Shown: positions 24,264 to 32,000 of the stretch, one piece after another | Layout of the letters: each line of letters begins with the position of its first letter | Numbering within the stretch: position 1 is the first letter of the stretch | Origin: Nitrosospira multiformis ATCC 25196 | GTDB lineage: Bacteria; Pseudomonadota; Gammaproteobacteria; Burkholderiales; Nitrosomonadaceae | DNA: 32,000 bases | Assembly: GCF_000196355.1 (NCBI RefSeq) | Contig: NC_007614.1 | Coordinates: 150,001-182,000, forward strand | Direction: 5' to 3' | Made by a program: the position numbers and the translations under genes | Notes under the pieces: model-generated | Told to the model about the DNA's origin: nothing | The model's input: the letters and a program-made list of their open reading frames with translations, nothing else | Databases searched by the model: none

Positions 24264-24983
24264 ATGAAGTTGAATACGATCCATTTCAAAAAAATAGCTG
24301 CTTCCGCGCCATTACTTATACTTACGTTGGCTCTTCTTGCCAATCCAGCACACGCCGTTGACTGGACTGAGATCGGTGATGCAGGGCAACTGCTGAGTAC
24401 GGCACAAATGCCGACAGGTGATGAAGGCCGATTGAGAAACATTTACGGAACCATTTCGACCAATAATGATGTGGACCTGTTCAGGATCTACATTTCCAAT
24501 CCCACTACATTCTCTGCGGGTATCAGCTCTACCAGTGGCAACCTTGATTCGGGACTCATTCTGTTTAACGAGGGAGGGTACGCGCTATATGGAAATGATG
24601 ATGCCATGCTTGGTACGCGTGTCTCAAGCCTGCCGGCAGGCCACGTGAATGGGCCGCAGGGACCGGGCTGGTATAATCTGGCAATATTTGCCCTTGGTAC
24701 GCCGCCCGTCAGCGGCGATGGTTTTACGCCCGATCACTATATGTTTCCCAATGTAAGCTCTCCTTATACCCAGATCCTTACCCCGACGGGGCCTGGAGGA
24801 GCAGCGCCGCTGGCGGGATGGGCACAATTGGACGATACGGTTGCGATCAGCGAGGATTACCGCATAAGACTTTCAGGAGTAACGGTCTCTCCGGTTCCCG
24901 AACCGGAAACCTATGCCATGCTGCTTGCCGGCCTGGGATTGATGGGAACGATGATCCGGCGGAGAAAAGGATTTATTGGCTAA
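24264..24983 (+). CDS. PEP-CTERM sorting-domain exported protein with a PPC/pre-peptidase-like N-domain
   Basis: Signal peptide MKLNTIHFKKIAASAPLLILTLALLANPAHA. The GDAG...DVDLFRIYI pattern is seen in beta-sandwich PPC-type domains. The C-terminus VPEPETYAMLLAGLGLMGTMIRRRK is a PEP-CTERM motif. Confidence 0.85.
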   Translation: MKLNTIHFKKIAASAPLLILTLALLANPAHAVDWTEIGDAGQLLSTAQMPTGDEGRLRNIYGTISTNNDVDLFRIYISNPTTFSAGISSTSGNLDSGLILFNEGGYALYGNDDAMLGTRVSSLPAGHVNGPQGPGWYNLAIFALGTPPVSGDGFTPDHYMFPNVSSPYTQILTPTGPGGAAPLAGWAQLDDTVAISEDYRIRLSGVTVSPVPEPETYAMLLAGLGLMGTMIRRRKGFIG

Positions 24984-25289
24984 CAGGCTGATTTCCTATT
25001 TTGAATCCCGGCGATCCAGCTTGTATAAGTGAATCCTGGGAATCGGTAATCTTCTGCCGGAAACCTTGTGGATAGCGTTCCATCTACAAGGTTTTTCATT
25101 TGGAAGGCCTGTAATGACCCCACTGCAACTACTACGCCACTATATCAAGCCAGGTATTCGATCGTGCCTATGGCAAGAGGGTTTGCAGATTTCATGCTCG
25201 GTAAACCCCAAAGATGGGAGATGTAATGAAGTAGATCGGAACAGAGTATGAGCAGTTTATCTTGACCTTACTAAATGGAGTTGCCCCTA

Positions 25290-26138
25290 TTAAACCGGAC
25301 AGGATGCGGTTAGTAACTGGCTGCGGATGAATTGTCTTGGCGACTTCATCTTCAGCCCCTTGTGAGGATGGAATTCATTGTAATCCTCGAACCATTGGTC
25401 AAGCTGCGCCATTACGGTTTTTGCGTCGGGACGATCATGGACATAGACGTAATCCCGCTTGAAGGTTTTGACGAAGGCCTCGGCCATACCGTTGGATTCG
25501 GGACTTCTGACGGGAGTAAAACAGCTGATGAAGCCCATATCCTTTGCAAAAGCAGTTGTCTCGCTGGCGGTGTAACAGCTGCCATTGTCGCTGAGCCACT
25601 CCACCCTGTGTGGGAGCAGGTCAACGGTGCCGAAGCGCCGCTCAACGGATTCAGTCATCAGATCGCGCACCATTTCCCCAGTAATGCCGCCAGTGGTGGC
25701 AACATGGCTGATGACTTCACGATCACAGCAATCCAGGGCGAAGGCAACACGCACTACTTGCCCATTCCAGCAGGGAATCTCAAAACCATCCGAACACCAG
25801 CGCAAATTGGAACGCAAGGTAATGACCTTGCCTTCATGAGACAGCACGCGCTGTTTGCCCGTATATCGGGCCAGCAGCAGGCCATTCTGGCGCATGATGC
25901 GATAGACCCGCTTGTGATTGACAGCAGGCTTGCCCATTCTCTCCAGTTTGCGGTTAAGGAGAGCGCAAATCCTTCTGTATCCGTAGGTCGCGCGGCAATC
26001 CACAATTTCGCGGATCAAGGGCAACAGCCAGGCATCATCAGCCTTGTTGTAGCGGCAACGAAAAGACTTTTCCTGCGGCTTCATCCGTTCCACAAGACGG
26101 GAGCGCGCCACACCCATGGTGTCTGCAATGGCCTTCAT
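25290..26138 (-). CDS. IS2-group transposase OrfB (DDE integrase core)
   Basis: RSNLRWCSDGFEI...VRVAFALDCCDREVISH...VEWLSDNGSCYTA...VRSPESNGMAEAFVKTFKRDY...YNEFHPHKGLKMKSPRQF matches the rve/DDE catalytic pattern of IS2 InsD. Confidence 0.9.
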   Translation of the reverse strand: MKAIADTMGVARSRLVERMKPQEKSFRCRYNKADDAWLLPLIREIVDCRATYGYRRICALLNRKLERMGKPAVNHKRVYRIMRQNGLLLARYTGKQRVLSHEGKVITLRSNLRWCSDGFEIPCWNGQVVRVAFALDCCDREVISHVATTGGITGEMVRDLMTESVERRFGTVDLLPHRVEWLSDNGSCYTASETTAFAKDMGFISCFTPVRSPESNGMAEAFVKTFKRDYVYVHDRPDAKTVMAQLDQWFEDYNEFHPHKGLKMKSPRQFIRSQLLTASCPV

Positions 26139-26560
26139 GGCAAATCGTCCGGTGGCAGCAAGGGCATGCGCGAGATCAGTTTTTTTTCATGCGCAAGCTT
26201 CACCGCTTCCGTGAGAATCTCGTTCTCCAGGGTTTTCTTGCCCAGAACCCGCTCCAACTCCCGGATCCGCTTCTTCAACTCTTTCACCTCGGCCGCAGAC
26301 ACTACCGCATCACCACTACGCACTGCTTCTTGTCCGCCCTCAGCCATAAGCTTCCTCCAGCGAAATAACAAGCTCGGAGCAATACCATATTTTCGCGCCA
26401 CATACGAGACACTCATGCCCGGCAAGCGGGATTCCTCAACAGCTTTTAATTTCTCACCCAGGCTCCAGCGCCTGCGGCGCTCGATCCCGGTGACGATTTC
26501 AATACGATCCAAACCTGAAGCACTATGCATAGCACCAGGCATATGCCTATCTCCTATCAT
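26135..26560 (-). CDS. IS2-group transposase OrfA (HTH)
   Basis: ERRRRWSLGEKLKAVEESRLPGMSVSYVARKYGIAPSLLFRWRK...LGKKTLENEILTEAV...LLPPDD is closely co-linear with IS2 InsC. Its stop overlaps the orfB ATG (ATGA). Confidence 0.9.
   Translation of the reverse strand: MIGDRHMPGAMHSASGLDRIEIVTGIERRRRWSLGEKLKAVEESRLPGMSVSYVARKYGIAPSLLFRWRKLMAEGGQEAVRSGDAVVSAAEVKELKKRIRELERVLGKKTLENEILTEAVKLAHEKKLISRMPLLPPDDLP
26180..26187 (-). promoter_or_regulatory. Programmed -1 ribosomal frameshift site (A8 run) for the OrfAB fusion
   Basis: The minus strand reads cat gaA AAA AAA ctg in the orfA frame. The -1 frame is open from here to the orfB ATG (…KKTDLAHALAATGRFAMKAI…). Confidence 0.6.
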
Positions 26561-27162
26561 CAGTGCATCTGTGTCCGGTTCAATTGGGGGCTACTACACT
26601 AAACGAATCCACTCAATAAATTGCTTTCCCGCGATCTCTCCTTTCACCCCATGGGATAGTTCCCCATATCGCCAAGAGCGTTGCTGCTTCATCGACGTAT
26701 AACGGCCCGACAGCCTGACAAGTCACGAACAAACTCAACCTCGTACCGCTGCACCCTTCGGGGTCCCTCGTACTCAAGAATGGGTGGATTTAATCCCCAA
26801 TTCATTGTCGAAAGTTCTTACACTCAATGATAGAGATACGCATAAATCTTCTTTTAAGTCCTTGTCCTTATGCGTAAATAAGTGATGACATAGTATTTGC
26901 TTAAGTCAATGCGGAATCTAAGATTTTCTGATGAGCTTACAGGAAAGGGAAAAATAAAAAAACAATCATTGGCATAGCCCCGGCGGCTGGAGGGCCTGTG
27001 GGCACTGGGTATGCCCCCCGGAATGCGATGCTTGCTTACCCTGGATTGATGCCATCGGGGAAATATCAATAGGCATTCAGCCAGCCCATGCGCCCATGGA
27101 TTCCTGCCACTAGAAAATGCCTATGAGCCTGTTTGTTCCCTTCCCGTTGAGTTGAATCGATT

Positions 27163-28338
27163 ATGATAAAAAAAGAAAAGCACAAGACAATCATAATGCT
27201 CGGAACATCGCCTGAAGGACATGGCGGAATCGCGACTGTGGTCGGCAACTACGGAGATTGCGGTGTCCTGAAGAAATGGAAGGTCAAATATGTAGTGACG
27301 CATGTGCAGGGCTCGGGATTTGCAAAAGCATGTGCGGCAGGAGTAGCGATGCAACAGTTACTCTGCATGCTGGTTACTGGCCGGATCGGATTGCTTCATG
27401 TGCATATGTCCTCAAGGGCAAGCACATGGAGAAAGTCACTTTTTCTGCTGATGGGGATGGTGTTTCGGGTCCCCTATCTCATTCACTTGCACAGCCCGAA
27501 TTTCGTTGATTTTTTTGAGCATGAGTGCGGAGAACGTAGAAAGAGGTTAATCAGATTTCTGCTATCGCGGGCGCTATATGTTATTGCCTTATCTCAAGGT
27601 TGGGCTAAAGATATTAAGAAGATTTCTCCTGCTGCACGTACAGTAATTCTTTTTAACTCCGTACCGCTACCTGCTGCGAGGTTGCGCGAGAAAGAGATGG
27701 AAGAAAGTAGCAACGCGCTATGTGATCCTCCTCTTATATTATTTCTTGGTCATGTCGGTAAGCGTAAAGGTACATTTGACCTGATCCGAGCGGTAGCGTT
27801 ACTGAGCGAAAATTTCAGGTTAATTATCGGAGGCGACGGCGAACTCCAGCGGGCGCAGATGTTGTCGGAAGAGCTGGGTGTCAGTGACAAGATTCTGTTT
27901 GCGGGGTGGCTTGGCAAAGCAGAAAAAGATCATTTGCTCGCTCGAGCAGCTATCTTTGTACTTCCTTCGTACCACGAAGGGGTGCCTATGGCGATCCTGG
28001 AAGCAATGTCCTGGGGAATTCCCATTGTAACCACCCCTGTGGGGGGCATACCCGAGGTGGTAACGGAAGGACAAGAGGGCCTACTGGTAAATTCCGGTGA
28101 TATCGTAGGACTCGCACATGCGTTAGCGCGTCTGCTTGCCGCACCATCCCTTCGCCGGGAATTCGGAGAAAGAGGAAGGCACAAGATCGAGTCCAAGTTC
28201 TCTATAAAGGTTCTGCAACCGCAATTGGAACAGTTGTGGATAGACTCGGGTGTATCAGAGCCAGAGCCAAGGCCAGAGCCAGAGCTAGTGATGCAGAGAG
28301 GGGAGGTGCCTGCCCCCGAGATTCAGCCTAAAGTATGA
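27163..28338 (+). CDS. Glycosyltransferase family 4 (GT-B, group 1)
   Basis: 391 aa. The N-terminus is IIMLGTSPEGHGGIATVV. The C-terminal donor-binding region is FVLPSYHEGVPMAILEAMSWGIPIVTTPVGGIPEVVTEGQEGLLV (E-x7-E motif). It has an unusual EPEPRPEPE tail. Confidence 0.85.
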   Translation: MIKKEKHKTIIMLGTSPEGHGGIATVVGNYGDCGVLKKWKVKYVVTHVQGSGFAKACAAGVAMQQLLCMLVTGRIGLLHVHMSSRASTWRKSLFLLMGMVFRVPYLIHLHSPNFVDFFEHECGERRKRLIRFLLSRALYVIALSQGWAKDIKKISPAARTVILFNSVPLPAARLREKEMEESSNALCDPPLILFLGHVGKRKGTFDLIRAVALLSENFRLIIGGDGELQRAQMLSEELGVSDKILFAGWLGKAEKDHLLARAAIFVLPSYHEGVPMAILEAMSWGIPIVTTPVGGIPEVVTEGQEGLLVNSGDIVGLAHALARLLAAPSLRREFGERGRHKIESKFSIKVLQPQLEQLWIDSGVSEPEPRPEPELVMQRGEVPAPEIQPKV

Positions 28339-28345
28339 TCACCGC

Positions 28346-29500
28346 CTACTCCATTACCGCCGGCAACTCGGCAGCCAGAGCATTCTTTTCCTTGGTTGAC
28401 GCTCCCAGCAGGGCATAGCCGAGCAGTTTTCCCTCGGCGGTTTTGTACAGGGCCTTCACGCCGCTTTCATCTTCCTCCACTAGCCATTCGCCCTGGGCGC
28501 CGGCTGCGGGTGGCGATACCACGGCCGGGCAGGCTGGTGTTTTAACCAGGACAGGCATCGCCGGGTAACGTATCGGAGTGGGAGTTTCAGCGAGAGTCGG
28601 TGCCAGCCCGCGGGCGGCATGCATGATCGGCATGACGAAGGGTAAAACTCTGCCTTCCACCTCTGCACAATCGCCTAACGCGTAAATATGCTCATTGTGC
28701 GTCTGCAAGGAGCGATTTACCACTATTCCGCGGTTCACCCCCAACCCTGCAGCCTGCGCGAGATGGATGCGGGGACGCAGCCCGACGGCGGAGAGCACGA
28801 TCTCGGTCTGCAGCGTTTCTCCGCTGGCAAGAGTCAGGCGAAAACTTTCATGGATCCGTTCCACGTATTCGGCGGTGGCGCCCAGGTGAAAAACGACACC
28901 CGCGGCTTCGAGCCTGTGTTGCATGAAAGCGCCTCCAGCCTGCGGCAGAAGCCGACCCAGGGGATGGACACTGATATCGATTACCCTTACCCGATAACCT
29001 GCTGTCGCCAGATCATTTGCAAATTCACAGCCGATCAGACCGGCCCCAAGGATGGTGACATCCTTTTTTCCTCCCAGGGCGTCGCGTAGCCGTTGGTAAT
29101 CCTCCAGATCGTTGACCGAAAGAATGTCCTTCGCACCCTCTCCTTCCAGCGGCAAGCGGATGGGATCGGCCCCCATGGCCAGAACGAGTTTGCTGTAGGA
29201 AACTTTCTCTCCATCCTGTAGAGTTATTGTTTTGCTGGATGGATCAATAGCACTTACGCGGCTATAAGGGCGGATTGTCAGCTTAAGCTGCTCGGCCATT
29301 TTCTCGGCGCTTGCGGTGACTATGGAGGCAGGTGTTTTGCCTGTCGCCAGGGCATTCGAAAGCATCGGCTTGGAATAGAAGCCGCCGTGATCTGCGGAAA
29401 TGATCAGAACGGGCGTTGTAGTATCCAGCTTGCGGAATTCCCGGGCGACCGTGTAGCCGCCAATGCCGCTGCCAATAATGACGATTGGTGGTGTGCTCAT
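28346..29500 (-). CDS. Rubredoxin-NAD(+) reductase-like FAD-dependent pyridine-nucleotide-disulfide oxidoreductase
   Basis: 384 aa. FAD motif IVIIGSGIGGY, NAD motif VTILGAGLIGCEFA, and IYALGDCAEV. Co-linear over its full length with my recollection of the 384-aa Pseudomonas rubredoxin reductase (…YSKPMLS…, …VKTPACP.VVSPP…). Confidence 0.8.
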   Translation of the reverse strand: MSTPPIVIIGSGIGGYTVAREFRKLDTTTPVLIISADHGGFYSKPMLSNALATGKTPASIVTASAEKMAEQLKLTIRPYSRVSAIDPSSKTITLQDGEKVSYSKLVLAMGADPIRLPLEGEGAKDILSVNDLEDYQRLRDALGGKKDVTILGAGLIGCEFANDLATAGYRVRVIDISVHPLGRLLPQAGGAFMQHRLEAAGVVFHLGATAEYVERIHESFRLTLASGETLQTEIVLSAVGLRPRIHLAQAAGLGVNRGIVVNRSLQTHNEHIYALGDCAEVEGRVLPFVMPIMHAARGLAPTLAETPTPIRYPAMPVLVKTPACPAVVSPPAAGAQGEWLVEEDESGVKALYKTAEGKLLGYALLGASTKEKNALAAELPAVME

Positions 29501-29912
29501 GCTTGAGTTTTTGCCCTGTTGACGTTGCTGCTCGTACTGCGATGTGTTGCTGAGGCTGCTCCGGTTTCGATTCGCGCTGCGTTCAATGCTTCCGTGTGAG
29601 GAACCGTATCGCCCGGGATGATACGGTAAGAGTTGCTACGATATTTTTGAAATGCAATCATTCTGCTCCAGGGGTGGATTCTCCAAAATGTCGATTTGAT
29701 TCTTGATGTGCTGGAAAATTCCAACCTGCCAATAATGCTTTTGCTCCAGACCATGGAGAAAAAATTTGAGATGAATAGGCTCGTGTTTCCTGCCATTTCC
29801 GTCAGACATCGAAAGTTTACACCAGACCGGCTCAGACTCATGCGAAAATCGGGGCAGAAAACGAGGAGCGAAGGTGAATAATCACTGACGCGGTCACCGC
29901 ATAGGCACGGGT

Positions 29913-30842
29913 ATGACGGGCAGAACGAAAATTGGTTTCATCGGTCTTGGCATCATGGGTAAGCCAATGGCGAGCCATCTGCTCAGGGGCGGTCATACCT
30001 TATTTCTGCATTCCCGCAGCGGCGTGCCGGGAGAATTGCTCACGCAGGGGGGACAAGCGTGTTCTTCGCCGGCTGAAGTCGCGCAGAACGCTGACCTTAT
30101 CATTACCATGCTTCCGGACACGGGGGATGTGGAGCGGGTGCTGTTCGGTGACAAGGGGGTGGCGGAGGGATTGAGCGCGGGGCGAAGTAAAGGCGGGATC
30201 GTGATGGACATGAGTACCATCTCGCCAGTTGAGACGCGGAAATTCGCCGCTGAAATCAATGAGCTTGGGTGCGAGTACGTGGATGCCCCCGTTTCAGGCG
30301 GAGATATCGGCGCCCGGAACGGCACTCTCACCATCATGGTCGGCGCCACTTCTTCGGCCTTCGTGCAGGTGAAGCCGGTTCTCGAGTTTATGGGTAAAAC
30401 GATAACCCTGATCGGTCCCACTGGCACGGGCCAGGTCTGCAAGCTTGCCAATCAGATCATCGCCGCGCTTACTATCGAAGCGGTGGGTGAAGGTTTGCTA
30501 TTCGCCTCGAAAGCGGGGGCCGATGTGCGGAAAGTGCGCCAGGCATTAATGGGCGGTTTCGCTTATTCCCGCGTGCTGGAAGTACACGGCGAGCGCATGA
30601 TCGAGCGCGCGTTTGAGCCGGGATTTCGCGTCGAGCTGCACCGGAAGGATCTGGGCCTTGCTTTGTCCCATGCCCGTACACTGGGCGTGAGCCTGCCCGG
30701 TACGGCGACTGTTCAGGAATTGCTGAATGCGTGCATCGCGCATGGCGGGGCCGGATGGGATAGTTCGGCCCTGGTACGGATGCTGGAAAAACTGGCGAAT
30801 CATGAGATCGAGACCATCGAAGGCTCGCATGATGAATCATGA
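29913..30842 (+). CDS. NAD(P)-dependent beta-hydroxyacid dehydrogenase, 2-hydroxy-3-oxopropionate (tartronate semialdehyde) reductase-like
   Basis: KIGFIGLGIMGKPMA Rossmann motif, DAPVSGG, and GTGQVCKLANQ (catalytic Lys region), typical of the HIBADH/GarR/GlxR family. It is immediately upstream of glcD. Confidence 0.85.
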   Translation: MTGRTKIGFIGLGIMGKPMASHLLRGGHTLFLHSRSGVPGELLTQGGQACSSPAEVAQNADLIITMLPDTGDVERVLFGDKGVAEGLSAGRSKGGIVMDMSTISPVETRKFAAEINELGCEYVDAPVSGGDIGARNGTLTIMVGATSSAFVQVKPVLEFMGKTITLIGPTGTGQVCKLANQIIAALTIEAVGEGLLFASKAGADVRKVRQALMGGFAYSRVLEVHGERMIERAFEPGFRVELHRKDLGLALSHARTLGVSLPGTATVQELLNACIAHGGAGWDSSALVRMLEKLANHEIETIEGSHDES

Positions 30843-30857
30843 GTTGAATTGGCGGCA

Positions 30858-32000
30858 ATGAACCGTATGAATGACGCTCTCGAACTTGTAAAAAAGCTTC
30901 GGACCTTTCTGCCCGCGGAATCGGTGCTGCATGAGACCGAAGACGTGAGGCCGTACGAGTGCGATGGCCTGTCCGCTTATCGGCAAACGCCCATGATCGT
31001 GGCGCTGCCGCGGACTGAAGATGAAGTGGCGGGAATTTTAAAAATCTGTGATGCACTGAAGATTCCGGTGGTCGCCCGCGGTGCGGGCACTGGTCTCTCC
31101 GGCGGTGCCTTGCCGCATCCGCAGGGAGTGCTGTTGTCGCTGGCGAAGCTGAAAAACATACTGGAGATCGATCCGGCAGCGCGTACGGCAAGGGTGCAGC
31201 CAGGCGTACGCAACCTTGCGATCAGCGAAGCTGCAGCCCCTTACGGACTGTATTACGCGCCTGATCCTTCCTCCCAGATTGCCTGCTCCATCGGGGGTAA
31301 CGTGGCGGAAAATTCCGGAGGTGTGCACTGCCTGAAATACGGACTGACAGTGCACAACATCCTCAAACTGCGTGTTTTGACTATTGAAGGCGAGCTTCTC
31401 GAAATGGGTGCCGATGGGCTGGACGCTCCTGGGTACGACCTGCTGGCGCTCATGACGGGCAGCGAAGGCATGCTGGGTATCGTGACCGAGGTGACGGTGA
31501 AACTGACTCCCCGCCCGGAGAAAGCCCAGGTTGTCCTGGCGTCGTTTGACGACATCCGGGACGCGGGGAATGCAGTGGCGAATGTGATCGGCGCCGGCAT
31601 CATCCCGGCCGGAATGGAAATGATGGACAAGATCACGACCGGGGCAGTGGAAGAGTATGTCCACGCCGGCTATAACGTCGAAGCGGCTGCGATCCTGTTA
31701 TGCGAATCCGACGGCGCGGAGGAAGAGGTGGCGGAGGAGATCGAACGCATCAACGAGATTATGCGGCAGAGCGGTGCGACGGAAGTCAGGATATCCCGCG
31801 ACGAAGCCGAACGCGCTCGGTTCTGGGCGGGGCGGAAGGCGGCTTTTCCTGCCGCAGGCCGGGTTTCCCCTGATTACTATTGCATGGATGGCACCATCCC
31901 GCGCAAGAATCTTGCGAGCGTGCTGACCGGAATCGAAGCGCTTTCTGCCGAATACGGCCTGCGTTGCATGAATGTATTTCATGCGGGTGACGGCAATCTG
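30858..32000 (+). CDS. glcD: Glycolate oxidase FAD-linked subunit GlcD, 5' 381 codons (continues past the window end)
   Basis: Read directly from the sequence. It is not in the ORF track because it has no stop inside the window. MNRMNDALELVKKLRTFLPAESVLHETEDVRPYECDGLSAYRQTPMIVALPRTEDEVAGILKIC...VVARGAGTGLSGGALP...IGGNVAENSGGVHCLKYG...MNVFHAGDGNL. The minus-strand track ORFs in 30472-31982 are antisense artefacts. Confidence 0.9.
   Translation, partial: MNRMNDALELVKKLRTFLPAESVLHETEDVRPYECDGLSAYRQTPMIVALPRTEDEVAGILKICDALKIPVVARGAGTGLSGGALPHPQGVLLSLAKLKNILEIDPAARTARVQPGVRNLAISEAAAPYGLYYAPDPSSQIACSIGGNVAENSGGVHCLKYGLTVHNILKLRVLTIEGELLEMGADGLDAPGYDLLALMTGSEGMLGIVTEVTVKLTPRPEKAQVVLASFDDIRDAGNAVANVIGAGIIPAGMEMMDKITTGAVEEYVHAGYNVEAAAILLCESDGAEEEVAEEIERINEIMRQSGATEVRISRDEAERARFWAGRKAAFPAAGRVSPDYYCMDGTIPRKNLASVLTGIEALSAEYGLRCMNVFHAGDGNL

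Larger units (their letters stand above)
25276..26598 (-). mobile_element. Intact IS3-family insertion sequence, IS2 group (1323 bp), with 5-bp target-site duplication
   Basis: Imperfect terminal inverted repeats: TGGAGTTGCCCCTATTAAACCGGACAGGATGC (25276 onward) and TGTAGTAGCCCCCAATTGAACCGGACACAGATGC (reverse complement from 26598). Both resemble the IS2 ends (…GCCCC…CCAGACA…). The element is flanked by direct CTAAA at 25271-25275 and 26599-26603. It contains orfA/orfB in a -1 arrangement. Confidence 0.85.

Noticed and set aside
25332-26702. 456-aa plus-strand ORF, the longest in this part of the window
   Set aside because: It lies entirely antisense to the IS2-type orfA/orfB, whose products have unmistakable transposase motifs. 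Its translation is Ser/Ala/Arg-rich with no motifs, a classic shadow ORF.
29497-29841. 114-aa minus-strand ORF overlapping the rubredoxin-reductase start by ATGA
   Set aside because: There is no Shine-Dalgarno sequence before any candidate start. The composition is Ser/Arg/Trp-rich, with no motif and no rubredoxin-type Cys pairs. It is treated as intergenic, but the ATGA coupling means it should be re-checked with conservation data.
30472-31982. Series of minus-strand ORFs (30472-31191, 31038-31664, 31253-31636, 31698-31982)
   Set aside because: They are antisense to the dehydrogenase and glcD genes, which have clear family motifs on the plus strand. Their Arg/Pro/Ser-rich composition is typical of shadow frames.

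Overview
Chromosomal window from a Gram-negative, proteobacterium-like genome that encodes PEP-CTERM (exosortase-type) cargo proteins. No CRISPR array, rRNA or prophage was seen.

- **1-5.4 kb:** the tail of a DMFase-like gene, a stand-alone OLD/ABC-type ATPase, a CDA-family deaminase, a GNAT, a Mut7-C (PIN-like) RNase and tRNA-Lys(CUU).
- **5.5-13.3 kb:** an envelope cluster; genes from 5.5 to 11.85 kb are all on the minus strand. An operon encodes a signal-peptide-bearing protein-L-isoaspartate O-methyltransferase and a fused MFS/spermidine-synthase-like polytopic protein. It is bracketed by two paralogous exported Gly/His-rich low-complexity proteins. A third His-rich exported protein and a glycine-zipper protein follow on the plus strand.
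- **13.3-24.3 kb:** a mosaic accessory tract with AT-rich intergenic patches. Intact genes are an adhesin-E-like protein, a thermonuclease, PEP-CTERM proteins, an orphan receiver plus a small exported protein, and a patatin-like lipase. Decayed genes are interleaved: a thermonuclease paralogue, an RND adaptor tail, an ANT(3'')-like nucleotidyltransferase and a split LuxR/EpsA-like regulator. A ~110-bp direct repeat copies the 5' end of the receiver gene.
- **25.3-26.6 kb:** an intact IS2-group (IS3 family) element with a 5-bp target duplication.
- **Right end:** a GT4 glycosyltransferase, a rubredoxin-reductase-like flavoprotein, a tartronate-semialdehyde-reductase-like dehydrogenase, and the first 1.1 kb of glcD. 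glcD runs off the window edge and is therefore missing from the supplied ORF track.

Best candidates for something undescribed:
1. The Gly/His-rich paralogue pair with a shared Cys-bracketed C-terminal module, together with the exported PIMT / SpeE-like operon it brackets.
2. The OLD-like ATPase with non-canonical Toprim residues, sitting beside a tRNA gene.

All family calls are by-eye motif recognition. No database search was run.
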